DNA from: an uncultured Eubacterium sp.
Lineage (GTDB): Bacteria; Bacillota; Clostridia; Lachnospirales; Lachnospiraceae
DNA: 64,000 nt
Direction: 5' to 3'
NCBI GenBank assembly: GCA_934358495.1
Contig: CAKRKO010000002.1
Span: forward strand, 6,634 to 70,633
Position 1 is the stretch's first letter; every line of letters begins with the position of its first letter. Positions 8,653 to 17,971 of the stretch are shown here, one piece after another. A program made the translations under genes and the position numbers. The notes beneath the pieces were generated by a model. The model was not told where the DNA came from. It was given only the letters and a program-made list of their open reading frames with translations, and made no database searches.

Positions 8653-8915
8653 AACTCCCGAAAAAATCCTCCTTTCCAAGTATCATCTTATAAAAGAAGC
8701 GCCCTGTCCCAATTGTACAATATTGGACACAACTGGTATGGTGTTCTTCTCAGTAAAGCGGACATTCGCAATTCGCTTTCGCTACTTGCTCATGAACGCA
8801 GTCGCTTTACGACCTGTCAGTGGGAGCTTTTAACTCCCACTGACATAAGCATCCCCCCTACCCACCGCTTAGTGCTCTACGCACTTGAAGCGTGGGAATG
8901 CTTATTCTGCGTTCA

Positions 8916-8971
8916 ATTACTTAACAGTGTTAATCGTTAACTGTTGTTAAAGGTTAACACTGTTAAGTAAT
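8916..8971. promoter_or_regulatory. 18-bp perfect palindrome arms (candidate MarR operator or hairpin)
   Basis: ATTACTTAACAGTGTTAA (8916..8933) and TTAACACTGTTAAGTAAT (8954..8971) are exact reverse complements. The 20-nt spacer is itself rich in GTTAA(C) half-sites. On the minus strand, a TTGACA lies just upstream. Confidence 0.45.
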
Positions 8972-9105
8972 CTTGTCAATAAAAAAGGAACAATCAATTC
9001 TTAAATAATTATAAAATAGTAGCATTTACACGTCCCATTTTGATAATTAAAAAAATCAACTGTTCCTCTTTTGTATATTATTCCCAGAATCACTGCATGC
9101 TATAC

Positions 9106-11076
9106 TCAAAATTTCTCTACCAGCATACCGCTTCGATATGCCTGCAGCAGTTCTTCCAGTTCTGCGATATTTTCCCGCAACACTTTACCGGTATCGGTAT
9201 CATTAACGGTTTTCCGTTTTACCACATTCTGTTCCATAACAATATGAGAATGGATACAGGTTTCATTCAAAACCGTATCTTCCATGGAAGTAAATGGTTC
9301 ATGCGCAGCCAGCACCAGTCCATAAGAGTTGTAGATTAGGGTGTAGCCTGCAATTCCAGTCTTTTGCTGGTAAGCCTTGGAAAATCCTCCATCAATGATC
9401 AGCAGTTTTCCACCACATTTTACCGGTGATTCGCCTTTTTTCACAATGACCGGAATATGACCGTTGATGATATGCGCTCCCTGCACCGGAAGTCCGAATT
9501 CTTTCAGGATCTTATCCACGATCTCTTCCTTCTCAAACAAGCGGTAATAAGCATTTTTCGGTTCCTCATGGGTTTCCTTATCGTCAATAAAGTAACGTTC
9601 AAATGTTGCCATACGCTCTTTTCCGAATACCGGTGAATGTTTATTTTTCCATATAAACCAGAGAATATCTTCACCGCGTTTCTTGTCCACCGGTTCAATG
9701 GAATAGTACCCTTTTCTGGCATAATGCTCCAAAATATCATACAGGGCTTTTCCACTGTAAGTCTTGCCATAAATATTGACTTTCATAAAACTGCCGTCAT
9801 CATTCATCGGCACACAGCCGTGATACAGCAGATTTCCATTATATACTTTGTAAAGACTGCCCTTTGTATACAGGAAACGAATGTGTCGCTGCAGACGTTC
9901 ACTGCCAAGGAAACTGTTTTTCAGACGTTCTACCACATCTTCTTCCTGCTGAGTAAATTTATACGGATCTTTCGGATCAATGGTCGGAAAATATGTATCA
10001 TTCAGCGGATACTCTTTTCCATTCAATTTGATCGTTCCGTTTTCGTAATCAATCTTATCCAGAAGCAGACGTTCTTTCATATCCCATTCCGGATGTTCTT
10101 TGATCAGCTGTCCCTCTGCCTTGAACTGAATAATCGTGATGGCTTTGTGCATCAAGGCATCCATCTCCGCATAATCGCGGTCATATTCCTTGTCATCATC
10201 CCGCACATGGACATTAAATGTCTTACTCGTATGTCCCTGATAACAGTCCATGGCCAGACGCATTAACGGAATCATATTGATTCCATAAGCATCTTCCAGA
10301 ATAGACAGGTTTCCATATCGTGCGGAAATACGCAGCATATTACACATACAGGCCACAGATCCGGCTGCCGCTCCCATCCAGAGAATATCATGATTTCCCC
10401 ACTGAATGTCCACAGAATGATGTTTCATCAGATCGTCCATGATTAGATGCGGATACGGTCCTCTGTCAAAAATATCTCCGACTACATGCAGATGATCCAC
10501 CGTAAATCTGCGGATCAGATAGCAGAAATCCACAATCAGCTGAGCCGCTCTGCCGGTATGGATAACAGAATTGATAATTTCATTATAATAAGCTTCCTGA
10601 TCTGCTACGTCCGGTCTTCCGGTCATCAGTTCTTCAATAATATAGGCAAAATCCTTCGGTAATGATTTGCGCACTTTGGAACGTGTATATTTTGATGACG
10701 CATTTTTACATACACGGATCAGGCGGAAAATCGTCACTTTATACCAGTCTTCCAGATTTTCTCTCAGCGTCAGCTTACCCTCGATCTGCTTGATCTTCAG
10801 TTCCGGATAATAGATCAGTGTTGCCAGTGTACGCTTCTCCGGAATACCCAGAGAACTTCCAAACTCATCTTCAATTTTTCGCTGTACGGCACCGGAACCG
10901 TTACACATGACATGACGGAACTGCTCATACTCCCCATGAACATCCGTAATGAAGTGCTCGGTTGCCTTTGGCAGACTCAAGATTGCCTTCAGATTGACGA
11001 TCTCTGTCGCCGCTGCCGCAATGTTTGGATATTGTGTTGCCAGTACTTTCAGATACTTAATATCTGCATTTTTCAT
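9106..11076 (-). CDS. fbp: Fructose-1,6-bisphosphatase, class 3 (Firmicute type)
   Basis: 656 aa. Long stretches are collinear with B. subtilis Fbp/YydE as I remember it (NLKAILSLPKATEHFITDVHGEYEQF, VVGDIFDRGPYP, SVDIQWGNHD, IINGHIPV, IDGGFSKAYQQKTGIAGYTLIYNSYG). Confidence 0.95.
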   Translation of the reverse strand: MKNADIKYLKVLATQYPNIAAAATEIVNLKAILSLPKATEHFITDVHGEYEQFRHVMCNGSGAVQRKIEDEFGSSLGIPEKRTLATLIYYPELKIKQIEGKLTLRENLEDWYKVTIFRLIRVCKNASSKYTRSKVRKSLPKDFAYIIEELMTGRPDVADQEAYYNEIINSVIHTGRAAQLIVDFCYLIRRFTVDHLHVVGDIFDRGPYPHLIMDDLMKHHSVDIQWGNHDILWMGAAAGSVACMCNMLRISARYGNLSILEDAYGINMIPLMRLAMDCYQGHTSKTFNVHVRDDDKEYDRDYAEMDALMHKAITIIQFKAEGQLIKEHPEWDMKERLLLDKIDYENGTIKLNGKEYPLNDTYFPTIDPKDPYKFTQQEEDVVERLKNSFLGSERLQRHIRFLYTKGSLYKVYNGNLLYHGCVPMNDDGSFMKVNIYGKTYSGKALYDILEHYARKGYYSIEPVDKKRGEDILWFIWKNKHSPVFGKERMATFERYFIDDKETHEEPKNAYYRLFEKEEIVDKILKEFGLPVQGAHIINGHIPVIVKKGESPVKCGGKLLIIDGGFSKAYQQKTGIAGYTLIYNSYGLVLAAHEPFTSMEDTVLNETCIHSHIVMEQNVVKRKTVNDTDTGKVLRENIAELEELLQAYRSGMLVEKF

Positions 11077-11146
11077 GTCTGGTAATCCCCCCTTATATTA
11101 TTCTAACCACATAATGCAAAGCGGACATTCGCAATCCTCTTTTGCT

Positions 11147-11911
11147 TTATGATGCACTTTTGATCACATCTGCCATTCCGTAAAATCCGGCCGGTTTTCC
11201 TGCCAGGTATTTTGCAGCCTCAATGGCTCCCTTACCAAAGATGGCTTTGGAATATGCAGTGTGTTTGAATGTTATGACTTCATCTGTTCCCGCAAAGATC
11301 ACCTCATGCTCGCCAACGATATTTCCACCGCGAACGGCCTGAATTCCGATCTCGTATTTATCACGTTTTTTAAGCTCCTGGGAACGGTCATATTTGTAAG
11401 AATATGCCTCATCTAATGCCTCGTTCATGGAATCTGCCAGTGCAATAGCTGTTCCGCTCGGTGCATCCAGTTTCTGGTTGTGATGTTTCTCCACAATCTC
11501 CATATCAAATCCGGCCGGTGCCAGTACTTTTGCTGCAGTCTGAAGAAGCTCCATTAAGGTATTTACACCAAGAGACATGTTTGCTGATTTTAATACAGCC
11601 ACTTTCTCACTGGATGTTTTTAATAATGCATCCTGCTCTGTGGAAAGTCCTGTAGTACATACAACCACAGGGATCTGACGCTCCACGCTGTATGCCATTA
11701 GTGCGTCAATGCAGCTGACATGGGAAAAATCGATGATAGCATCTGCCTTAACGTCACAATCTGTAATATTTGCAAATACCGGATAACCGTAGTGCTGCTC
11801 TGCATTGATATCAATACCTGCTACGATCTCGATCTCCGGATCTTTCTCACACAGATCACTGATCACATGTCCCATATGTCCATTGCATCCATTCATAATT
11901 ACTTTTGTCAT
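11147..11911 (-). CDS. dapB: 4-hydroxy-tetrahydrodipicolinate reductase
   Basis: 254 aa. N-terminal Rossmann motif MNGCNGHMG and the DapB signature EIVEKHHNQKLDAPSGTA. Confidence 0.92.
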   Translation of the reverse strand: MTKVIMNGCNGHMGHVISDLCEKDPEIEIVAGIDINAEQHYGYPVFANITDCDVKADAIIDFSHVSCIDALMAYSVERQIPVVVCTTGLSTEQDALLKTSSEKVAVLKSANMSLGVNTLMELLQTAAKVLAPAGFDMEIVEKHHNQKLDAPSGTAIALADSMNEALDEAYSYKYDRSQELKKRDKYEIGIQAVRGGNIVGEHEVIFAGTDEVITFKHTAYSKAIFGKGAIEAAKYLAGKPAGFYGMADVIKSAS

Positions 11912-12011
11912 ATTCTAACTTCCTCCGTAAATTTCAACACTTACTCTCTGAACTTACTATTTAACTATAATACCCCCGCACATCATGCGGGGGCAAGACA
12001 TTTTATTGTAT

Positions 12012-12899
12012 TTATTTTAATAAACCGTACTTTACCATTTCCTGGCGCAGGATTTCTTTGTGTGCATCTTCCATCTCACACAGCGGTCCTCTCAGCGGAC
12101 CCGCTTCCCATCCAAGCATATTCATTGCAGCTTTTACAGGAATCGGATTTACTTCACTGAATAACGCATTGATCAGCGGGATAGCATCTAACTGCAGTTT
12201 TGCTGCTTTTTTGTAATCGCCCTCGAGGAACTCCATTACAATGTCATGCGTCTGGCGCGGTGCGATATTGGATAATACAGAGATAACTCCGAGTCCGCCA
12301 ATGGATAACAGCGGAACGACCTGATCATCATTTCCGGAATACAGCTCCAGGTTGCCATCACACAGGTTCATTGTCTTTACTGCATGGGACAGATCACCGG
12401 TTGCGTCTTTCAGGCCTACAATATTATCCACATTTTTAACCAGATGTGCAATGGTCTCCGGATTCAGCCCACATCCTGTTCTGGACGGTACATTGTACAT
12501 GATCACCGGTACTTTGATGGACTCAGCCACACGGGTATAATGTGTGATGAGGCCTTTCTGTGTCGCTTTGTTGTAATAAGGGGTTACGATCAGGACAGCA
12601 TCTACACCGTCTTTGTCAGCTTCCTGGGAAAGCTCAATGGCTGTCTGTGTACTGTTAGAACCAGTTCCAGCGATAACCGGAATGCGGTGTTTTGTAAACT
12701 CTACTGCTGCTTTTACAACTTTTTTATGTTCTTCCTCTGATAACGTTGCACTCTCACCTGTAGTACCTGCAATAACGATGGCATCTGTACCGTTATCGAT
12801 CTGATAATTAATGTTTCTCTCCAGCAGATCGAAATCTACTTCTAAGTTCTCCTTCATTGGTGTTACAATTGCTACACCTGCTCCTCTGAAAATTGGCAT
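12012..12899 (-). CDS. dapA: 4-hydroxy-tetrahydrodipicolinate synthase
   Basis: 295 aa with the DapA motif VIAGTTGESATLS and a YNVPSRTG block. Sits directly behind a lysine riboswitch and upstream of dapB. Confidence 0.93.
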   Translation of the reverse strand: MPIFRGAGVAIVTPMKENLEVDFDLLERNINYQIDNGTDAIVIAGTTGESATLSEEEHKKVVKAAVEFTKHRIPVIAGTGSNSTQTAIELSQEADKDGVDAVLIVTPYYNKATQKGLITHYTRVAESIKVPVIMYNVPSRTGCGLNPETIAHLVKNVDNIVGLKDATGDLSHAVKTMNLCDGNLELYSGNDDQVVPLLSIGGLGVISVLSNIAPRQTHDIVMEFLEGDYKKAAKLQLDAIPLINALFSEVNPIPVKAAMNMLGWEAGPLRGPLCEMEDAHKEILRQEMVKYGLLK

Positions 12900-12968
12900 T
12901 TCATAATCCTCCTATTTAAAATACTTCAACAAACGAAACGAATACCTGCTTTTCTCTGAATAGTCTCC

Positions 12969-13000
12969 GAAAAAAATGAACCAGCTGTGCGCTGGTTCAT
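12969..13000 (-). terminator. Expression-platform terminator of the lysine riboswitch
   Basis: Minus strand: ATGAACCAGC-GCAC-AGCTGGTTCAT hairpin followed by TTTTTTT, located between the aptamer and the dapA SD. Confidence 0.8.
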
Positions 13001-13044
13001 CAAAAATAATCCTTATCAATATGAATAAGAGTAAATCATTTCTA

Positions 13045-13222
13045 TTCCAGTGATAGCGCACCATCGTTTCCGATGACAGTTACAATGCTCTTAACATTGT
13101 ACCCAAGCAATATACATCCGATCCTGCATATCCTTTCGGCGTGTCTTCCTTTCCTCTGCCATCTTCTGCGATCTGGTACATCCGACAGATTACTTTTAAT
13201 TCACGCAACCTCTATCTTATAT
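13045..13222 (-). promoter_or_regulatory. Lysine riboswitch (L-box) aptamer controlling dapA-dapB
   Basis: The minus strand has the conserved L-box blocks in order: GATAGAGGTTGCG ... AAAGTAA ... GGAAAGGAAGACACGCCGAAAGG ... TTGCTTGGG ... AACTGTCATCGGAAACGATGGTGCGCTATC. This is collinear with the B. subtilis lysC leader as remembered. Confidence 0.8.
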
Positions 13223-13270
13223 TGTCTTATCGGTGCTCAATATATCACTTTAACCGAGAAATGTCAACCT

Positions 13271-13762
13271 TTATGACTCTTTTTTTATGCAGATTTCATA
13301 CACATCATCTGCCTGCGCCAGGATTCCATCACTGATTACCTGTCCGGTCATGATCATATGCAGGTCATCTGATTTCAGTTCCATCAGGTGAAGAATCTCC
13401 TCCTCCGTCACAATATGCTCATCCAGAAGTCCCAACACTTCATCCAGGATCAGAATATTGCACTCACCCGTCTGCAATACCTTTCTTGCATAATTAATAC
13501 CGTTTTTCATGTTCATCTGCTCTTCCAGCTGCTCTTCTTCCGGCAATTCATGATAATATTTCTCTGATTTCTGAAAACGGAACAGACGGATTTCCGGTTC
13601 AAGGCGTCCAAGAAAACTGATTTCATCCTCATCTTTTCTTTTTAAAAACTGGATAACGATAACGGATTCTCCCTTACTTGCCTCATGAATGGCATATCCC
13701 AGAGCTGCGGAAGTCTTTCCCTTGCCCTCTCCGTAATATACCTGTATTTTTCCTGTACTCAT
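13271..13762 (-). CDS. cobO: Cob(I)yrinic acid a,c-diamide adenosyltransferase-like P-loop protein (CobA/CobO/BtuR family)
   Basis: MSTGKIQVYYGEGKGKTSAALGYAIHEASKGESVIVIQFLK plus ILILDEV (Walker B-like), typical of the family. ATG at 13762 follows AAGGAGGAG; the track start at 13783 is a TTG. Confidence 0.75.
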   Translation of the reverse strand: MSTGKIQVYYGEGKGKTSAALGYAIHEASKGESVIVIQFLKRKDEDEISFLGRLEPEIRLFRFQKSEKYYHELPEEEQLEEQMNMKNGINYARKVLQTGECNILILDEVLGLLDEHIVTEEEILHLMELKSDDLHMIMTGQVISDGILAQADDVYEICIKKES

Positions 13763-13908
13763 GGTCTCCTCCTTTGAAGTCAAACATGCTCAAAATGCGT
13801 ATAAATTTACCATTATTCAACTCCGCATGTGTCTCATTTTTGTTTTCCACCATAATATCGAATCGAAATCTAAGATAGCACATTTATTAGGAAAATGCAA
13901 CCGATGCG

Positions 13909-14541
13909 CTAATCCTGCTCCAGCAGATCCACTTTGCTGACGGAAATCTCGTAGGCAATCCGGTGCTCCACTTCCTCTTCACTGATGCGTTTCACATACT
14001 CCCTGCTCTGTACCCGGCCGACGATCTGAATGTGACTTCCCACGGTAAATCCAGAAGCGAAACGGGCATTTCTGCCCCAGCAGATACATGGTATGTAGTC
14101 TGATTTTCCATAAGATCGGTTTACAGCAAGCAGTACGTCTGCAATCTCCCGCCCCAGTGGTGTCTTCCGGTAAATCGGCTCTTTACAGATATATCCATCC
14201 AGAAAAATCTGATTTGTTTTCTCATTTTCATCTATCTCATCCAAAAACTCAAGTTCTCTAACAAACACTGACAACACCAGACGGTTTTTCTTCTCCTCAT
14301 GGCGGTTGTAGGAACGGAACTGACCGGTGACACGGATCAGCTGTCCGGTATAATCCTGCTCGGTGTCGATCAGACGTTCCGAGATCATCAGCGGAATATA
14401 ATCGGAGTAATTACTCAGACGATTCACCGCAAGTTCCACCATATAAAATCCTTCCCCAAACACCTCATGACTGAATTGAAATTCTGAAACAATTTCTCCC
14501 ATCATCGTTACCTGGTTGTTTTCAAACAATTTATCTGTCAT
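13909..14541 (-). CDS. SSB-family protein with two tandem OB-fold halves
   Basis: 210 aa. Internal duplication is visible (ELAVNRLSNYSDYIPLMI vs LLAVNRSYGKSDYIPCIC, each followed by a ...GQFRS / ...GRVQS strand). It has no acidic DDD(I/L)PF tail. Confidence 0.55.
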   Translation of the reverse strand: MTDKLFENNQVTMMGEIVSEFQFSHEVFGEGFYMVELAVNRLSNYSDYIPLMISERLIDTEQDYTGQLIRVTGQFRSYNRHEEKKNRLVLSVFVRELEFLDEIDENEKTNQIFLDGYICKEPIYRKTPLGREIADVLLAVNRSYGKSDYIPCICWGRNARFASGFTVGSHIQIVGRVQSREYVKRISEEEVEHRIAYEISVSKVDLLEQD

Positions 14542-14707
14542 TTTTGTAAGCTCCCTTCTTCACATGTACTTCTTTGTGTTTTCAATCTATTCTGCTTTTT
14601 CGTTTCTTAGAACACTTTTCACTTTTTTTCTGCCGGCTCCCATAATGTATCATGCATCAGACGAATATTTTCGTTTATTTTGTCGATAACCTTTTTCCTA
14701 TTACCCC

Positions 14708-14735
14708 TTGTCAAATCTGAATTTTGTGATAAAAT
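14708..14735 (+). promoter_or_regulatory. Candidate sigma-A promoter of typA
   Basis: TTGTCA (14708..14713), a 16-nt spacer ending in TGTGA (extended -10), then TAAAAT (14730..14735), ~90 nt upstream of the ATG. Confidence 0.5.
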
Positions 14736-14827
14736 AAATTGGTTGCACTAATGGATACTATATATTTTCTATCATTTAGATAGGAAACACTTAACAACTG
14801 ATTAATTCAGAAGGAAGGATACATGTA

Positions 14828-16657
14828 ATGAAAACAAAGAGAGAGGACATTAGAAATATTGCTATCATCGCTCACGTAGACCACGGTAAAACAACACTGG
14901 TAGATGAGCTGCTGAAACAGTCCGGCGTCTTCCGTCAGAATCAGGAAGTGCAGGAACGTGTCATGGATTCCAATGACATCGAGCGTGAAAGAGGAATCAC
15001 GATTCTGTCAAAAAATACTGCAGTATTTTACAAAGATACAAAAATTAACATCATCGACACACCAGGCCATGCCGATTTCGGTGGAGAGGTTGAGCGTGTA
15101 CTGAAAATGGTAAACGGCGTTATCCTCGTGGTTGACGCATTTGAGGGCGCTATGCCACAGACAAAATTTGTTCTGATGAAAGCATTAGAGCTGAATCTGC
15201 CGGTTATCGTCTGCATCAACAAAATCGATCGTCCTGAGGCAAGACCGGATGAGGTCATCGACGAAGTTCTGGAACTGTTCATGGATCTGGATGCTTCCGA
15301 TGAGCAGCTTGACTGCCCATTCGTTTACGCATCTGCAAAGAACGGTTATGCAACCCTGAGTCTTGACGACGAGCCGAAAGATATGATGCCGCTGTTCGAG
15401 ACAATCTTAAACTACATTCCGGCTCCGGAAGGTGATCCGGATGCAAACACACAGGTTCTGATCAGTACCATCGACTATAATGAGTACGTTGGACGTATCG
15501 GTGTCGGCAAAGTCGACAACGGATGCCTGCGTGTCAACCAGGATGCCATCATGCTGAATGCTCATGATCCTGAGAAGCAGAAAAAAGTCCGCATTAGCAA
15601 ACTGTATGAGTTTGACGGCTTAAATAAAGTAGAAGTAAAAGAAGCAAAAATCGGTTCCATCGTAGCAATCTCCGGTATCGCTGATATCCATATCGGTGAT
15701 ACGATCTGTGATCCGGAAAATCCGGTAGCAATCCCGTTCCAGAAGATTTCCGAACCGACCATTTCCATGAACTTCATCGTAAACGACAGCCCGCTGGCAG
15801 GCCAGGAAGGAAAATACGTTACCTCCCGCCACATCCGTGACCGTCTCTTCAAAGAGCTGAACACAGACGTTTCCCTCCGTGTAGAGGAGACAGACAGTGC
15901 AGACAGTTTCAAAGTATCCGGTCGTGGTGAGCTGCACCTGTCCGTCCTGATTGAGAACATGCGTCGTGAAGGTTATGAATTTGCAGTAAGTAAAGCAGAA
16001 GTTCTGTACCATACGGATGAGAATGGTAAAAAGACAGAGCCGATGGAAATGGCTTATGTTGATGTACCGGATGAATTCACCGGTGTAGTTATTGAAAAAC
16101 TGAGCCAGCGTAAAGGTGAGCTGCAGAACATGGGAAGCATCAGCGGCGGTTATACCCGTCTTGAGTTCAAGATTCCGTCCCGTGGTCTCATCGGTTACCG
16201 TGGAGACTTTATGACAGATACAAAAGGTAACGGTATCATCAATACCATCTTCTGTGGTTATGAGCCGTACCGTGGAGATATCCAGTATCGTAAACTTGGT
16301 TCCCTGATCGCATTCGAGTCCGGTGAATCCGTAGCATACGGTCTGTTCTCCGCACAGGAGCGTGGTTCCCTGTTTATCGGACCTGGTGAAAAAGTATATT
16401 CCGGAATGGTTATCGGACAGTGCTCCCGTGCAGAAGATATTGAGTTAAATGTCTGCAAGAAGAAACATCTGACCAACACACGTTCCTCTTCTGCAGATGA
16501 GGCGTTGACACTGACACCGCCAAGAATCCTCAGTCTGGAACAGGCACTGGATTTCATTGATACAGATGAGCTTCTGGAGGTAACTCCGGAGAGCCTGAGA
16601 ATCCGTAAGAAGATTCTGGATCCGACTTTAAGAAAACGTGCGTCTTTCAAAAAATAA
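14828..16657 (+). CDS. typA: Translational GTPase TypA/BipA
   Basis: 609 aa. G1 AIIAHVDHGKTTLVD, G3 DTPGHADFGGEV, G4 NKIDR, and EF-G-like domains. Confidence 0.95.
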   Translation: MKTKREDIRNIAIIAHVDHGKTTLVDELLKQSGVFRQNQEVQERVMDSNDIERERGITILSKNTAVFYKDTKINIIDTPGHADFGGEVERVLKMVNGVILVVDAFEGAMPQTKFVLMKALELNLPVIVCINKIDRPEARPDEVIDEVLELFMDLDASDEQLDCPFVYASAKNGYATLSLDDEPKDMMPLFETILNYIPAPEGDPDANTQVLISTIDYNEYVGRIGVGKVDNGCLRVNQDAIMLNAHDPEKQKKVRISKLYEFDGLNKVEVKEAKIGSIVAISGIADIHIGDTICDPENPVAIPFQKISEPTISMNFIVNDSPLAGQEGKYVTSRHIRDRLFKELNTDVSLRVEETDSADSFKVSGRGELHLSVLIENMRREGYEFAVSKAEVLYHTDENGKKTEPMEMAYVDVPDEFTGVVIEKLSQRKGELQNMGSISGGYTRLEFKIPSRGLIGYRGDFMTDTKGNGIINTIFCGYEPYRGDIQYRKLGSLIAFESGESVAYGLFSAQERGSLFIGPGEKVYSGMVIGQCSRAEDIELNVCKKKHLTNTRSSSADEALTLTPPRILSLEQALDFIDTDELLEVTPESLRIRKKILDPTLRKRASFKK

Positions 16658-16696
16658 ATTATTTTGATAACGCGACAGGTATTGAACAAAAAAGAG

Positions 16697-16742
16697 CAAA
16701 AAAACATCCGACAGCCTGAGACGGCTTGCCGGATGTTTTTTT
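16697..16742. terminator. Bidirectional rho-independent terminator between convergent typA and dapL
   Basis: ACATCCGRCAGCC-TGAGAC-GGCTTGCCGGATGT hairpin flanked by an A-run on the 5' side and a T-run on the 3' side. Confidence 0.8.
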
Positions 16743-16756
16743 GTCATATTATTTGA

Positions 16757-17971
16757 TTATAATGATTTCATACGTTCTAACGCAGCAAGTGTATTTTCAT
16801 ATGTTCCAAATGCTGTCAGTCTGAAGTATCCTTCTCCACTCGGACCAAATCCGGATCCCGGTGTACCTACGACGTTTGCTTTCTCAAGCAGGTAATCGAA
16901 GAACTCCCAGGATGTCATCTGATCCGGTGTCTTTAACCAGATATATGGTGCATTCACGCCGCCGAATACCTCAAATCCTGCGTCCTGCAGTCCGCCTTTG
17001 ATAGCTGCTGCATTTTTCATGTAATAAGCAACCTGCTCTTTTAACTGTGCTTTACCAGCTTCGCTGTAAACTGCTTCACCGGCACGCTGTACGATGTACG
17101 GAGCACCGTTGAATTTTGTTCCGTGACGTCTCGCCCACATCTGATGTAAGGATACATCCCCACACTTCAGGTCTTTCGGAACAACTGCGTATCCCAGACG
17201 AACACCGGTGAATCCTGCGTTCTTTGAGAAACTCTTTAACTCGATGGCACAGGTTCTTGCGCCTTCGCACTCAAAGATGGTATGTGCTACGTTATCCTCG
17301 GAAATATATGCCTCGTATGCACCATCGTAAATGATGACTGCACCGATTCTGTTTGCATAATCAACCCACTCTTGCAGCTGATCTTTTGTGATGGTCGTTC
17401 CTGTCGGGTTGTTCGGCAGACACAGATAAATAATGTCCGGATTCTCCTTCGGGAACTCCGGTACGAAATTATTCTCTTTTGTACACGGCATGTAGATGAC
17501 ATTGCTCCACATCTCTGTATTTGGATCATATACACCGGTTCTGCCAGCCATTACGTTGGAATCCACATAAACCGGGTAAACCGGGTCACATACAGCGATA
17601 CGATTATCTACAGAAAAGATCTCCTGGATGTTTCCAGAATCGCTCTTTGCGCCGTCGGATACGAAAATCTCATCTGCGCTGATGTCGCATCCTCTTGCTT
17701 TATAATCGTTGTCTGCAATGGCTGTGCGCAGGAACTCATATCCGAGATCCGGTGCATAACCGTGGAATGTCTCAGCATTTCCCATCTCTGTTACAGCTCC
17801 ATGCATTGCATCAATAATAGCTGGTGCCAGCGGCTGTGTTACATCACCGATACCAAGACGGATCAGTGTTTTCTCCGGATTTGCAGCCTGAAATGCACTT
17901 ACTTTTTTTGCGATCGTGCTGAACAGATAGCTGCCCGGAAGTTTCTGATAATTGTCGTTTACTTTAAACAT
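16757..17971 (-). CDS. dapL: LL-diaminopimelate aminotransferase
   Basis: 404 aa. The N-terminus MFKVNDNYQKLPGSYLFSTIAKKV and the blocks IRLGIGDVTQPL and SFSKNAGFTGVRLGY (PLP lysine) are characteristic of DapL. Confidence 0.9.
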   Translation of the reverse strand: MFKVNDNYQKLPGSYLFSTIAKKVSAFQAANPEKTLIRLGIGDVTQPLAPAIIDAMHGAVTEMGNAETFHGYAPDLGYEFLRTAIADNDYKARGCDISADEIFVSDGAKSDSGNIQEIFSVDNRIAVCDPVYPVYVDSNVMAGRTGVYDPNTEMWSNVIYMPCTKENNFVPEFPKENPDIIYLCLPNNPTGTTITKDQLQEWVDYANRIGAVIIYDGAYEAYISEDNVAHTIFECEGARTCAIELKSFSKNAGFTGVRLGYAVVPKDLKCGDVSLHQMWARRHGTKFNGAPYIVQRAGEAVYSEAGKAQLKEQVAYYMKNAAAIKGGLQDAGFEVFGGVNAPYIWLKTPDQMTSWEFFDYLLEKANVVGTPGSGFGPSGEGYFRLTAFGTYENTLAALERMKSL

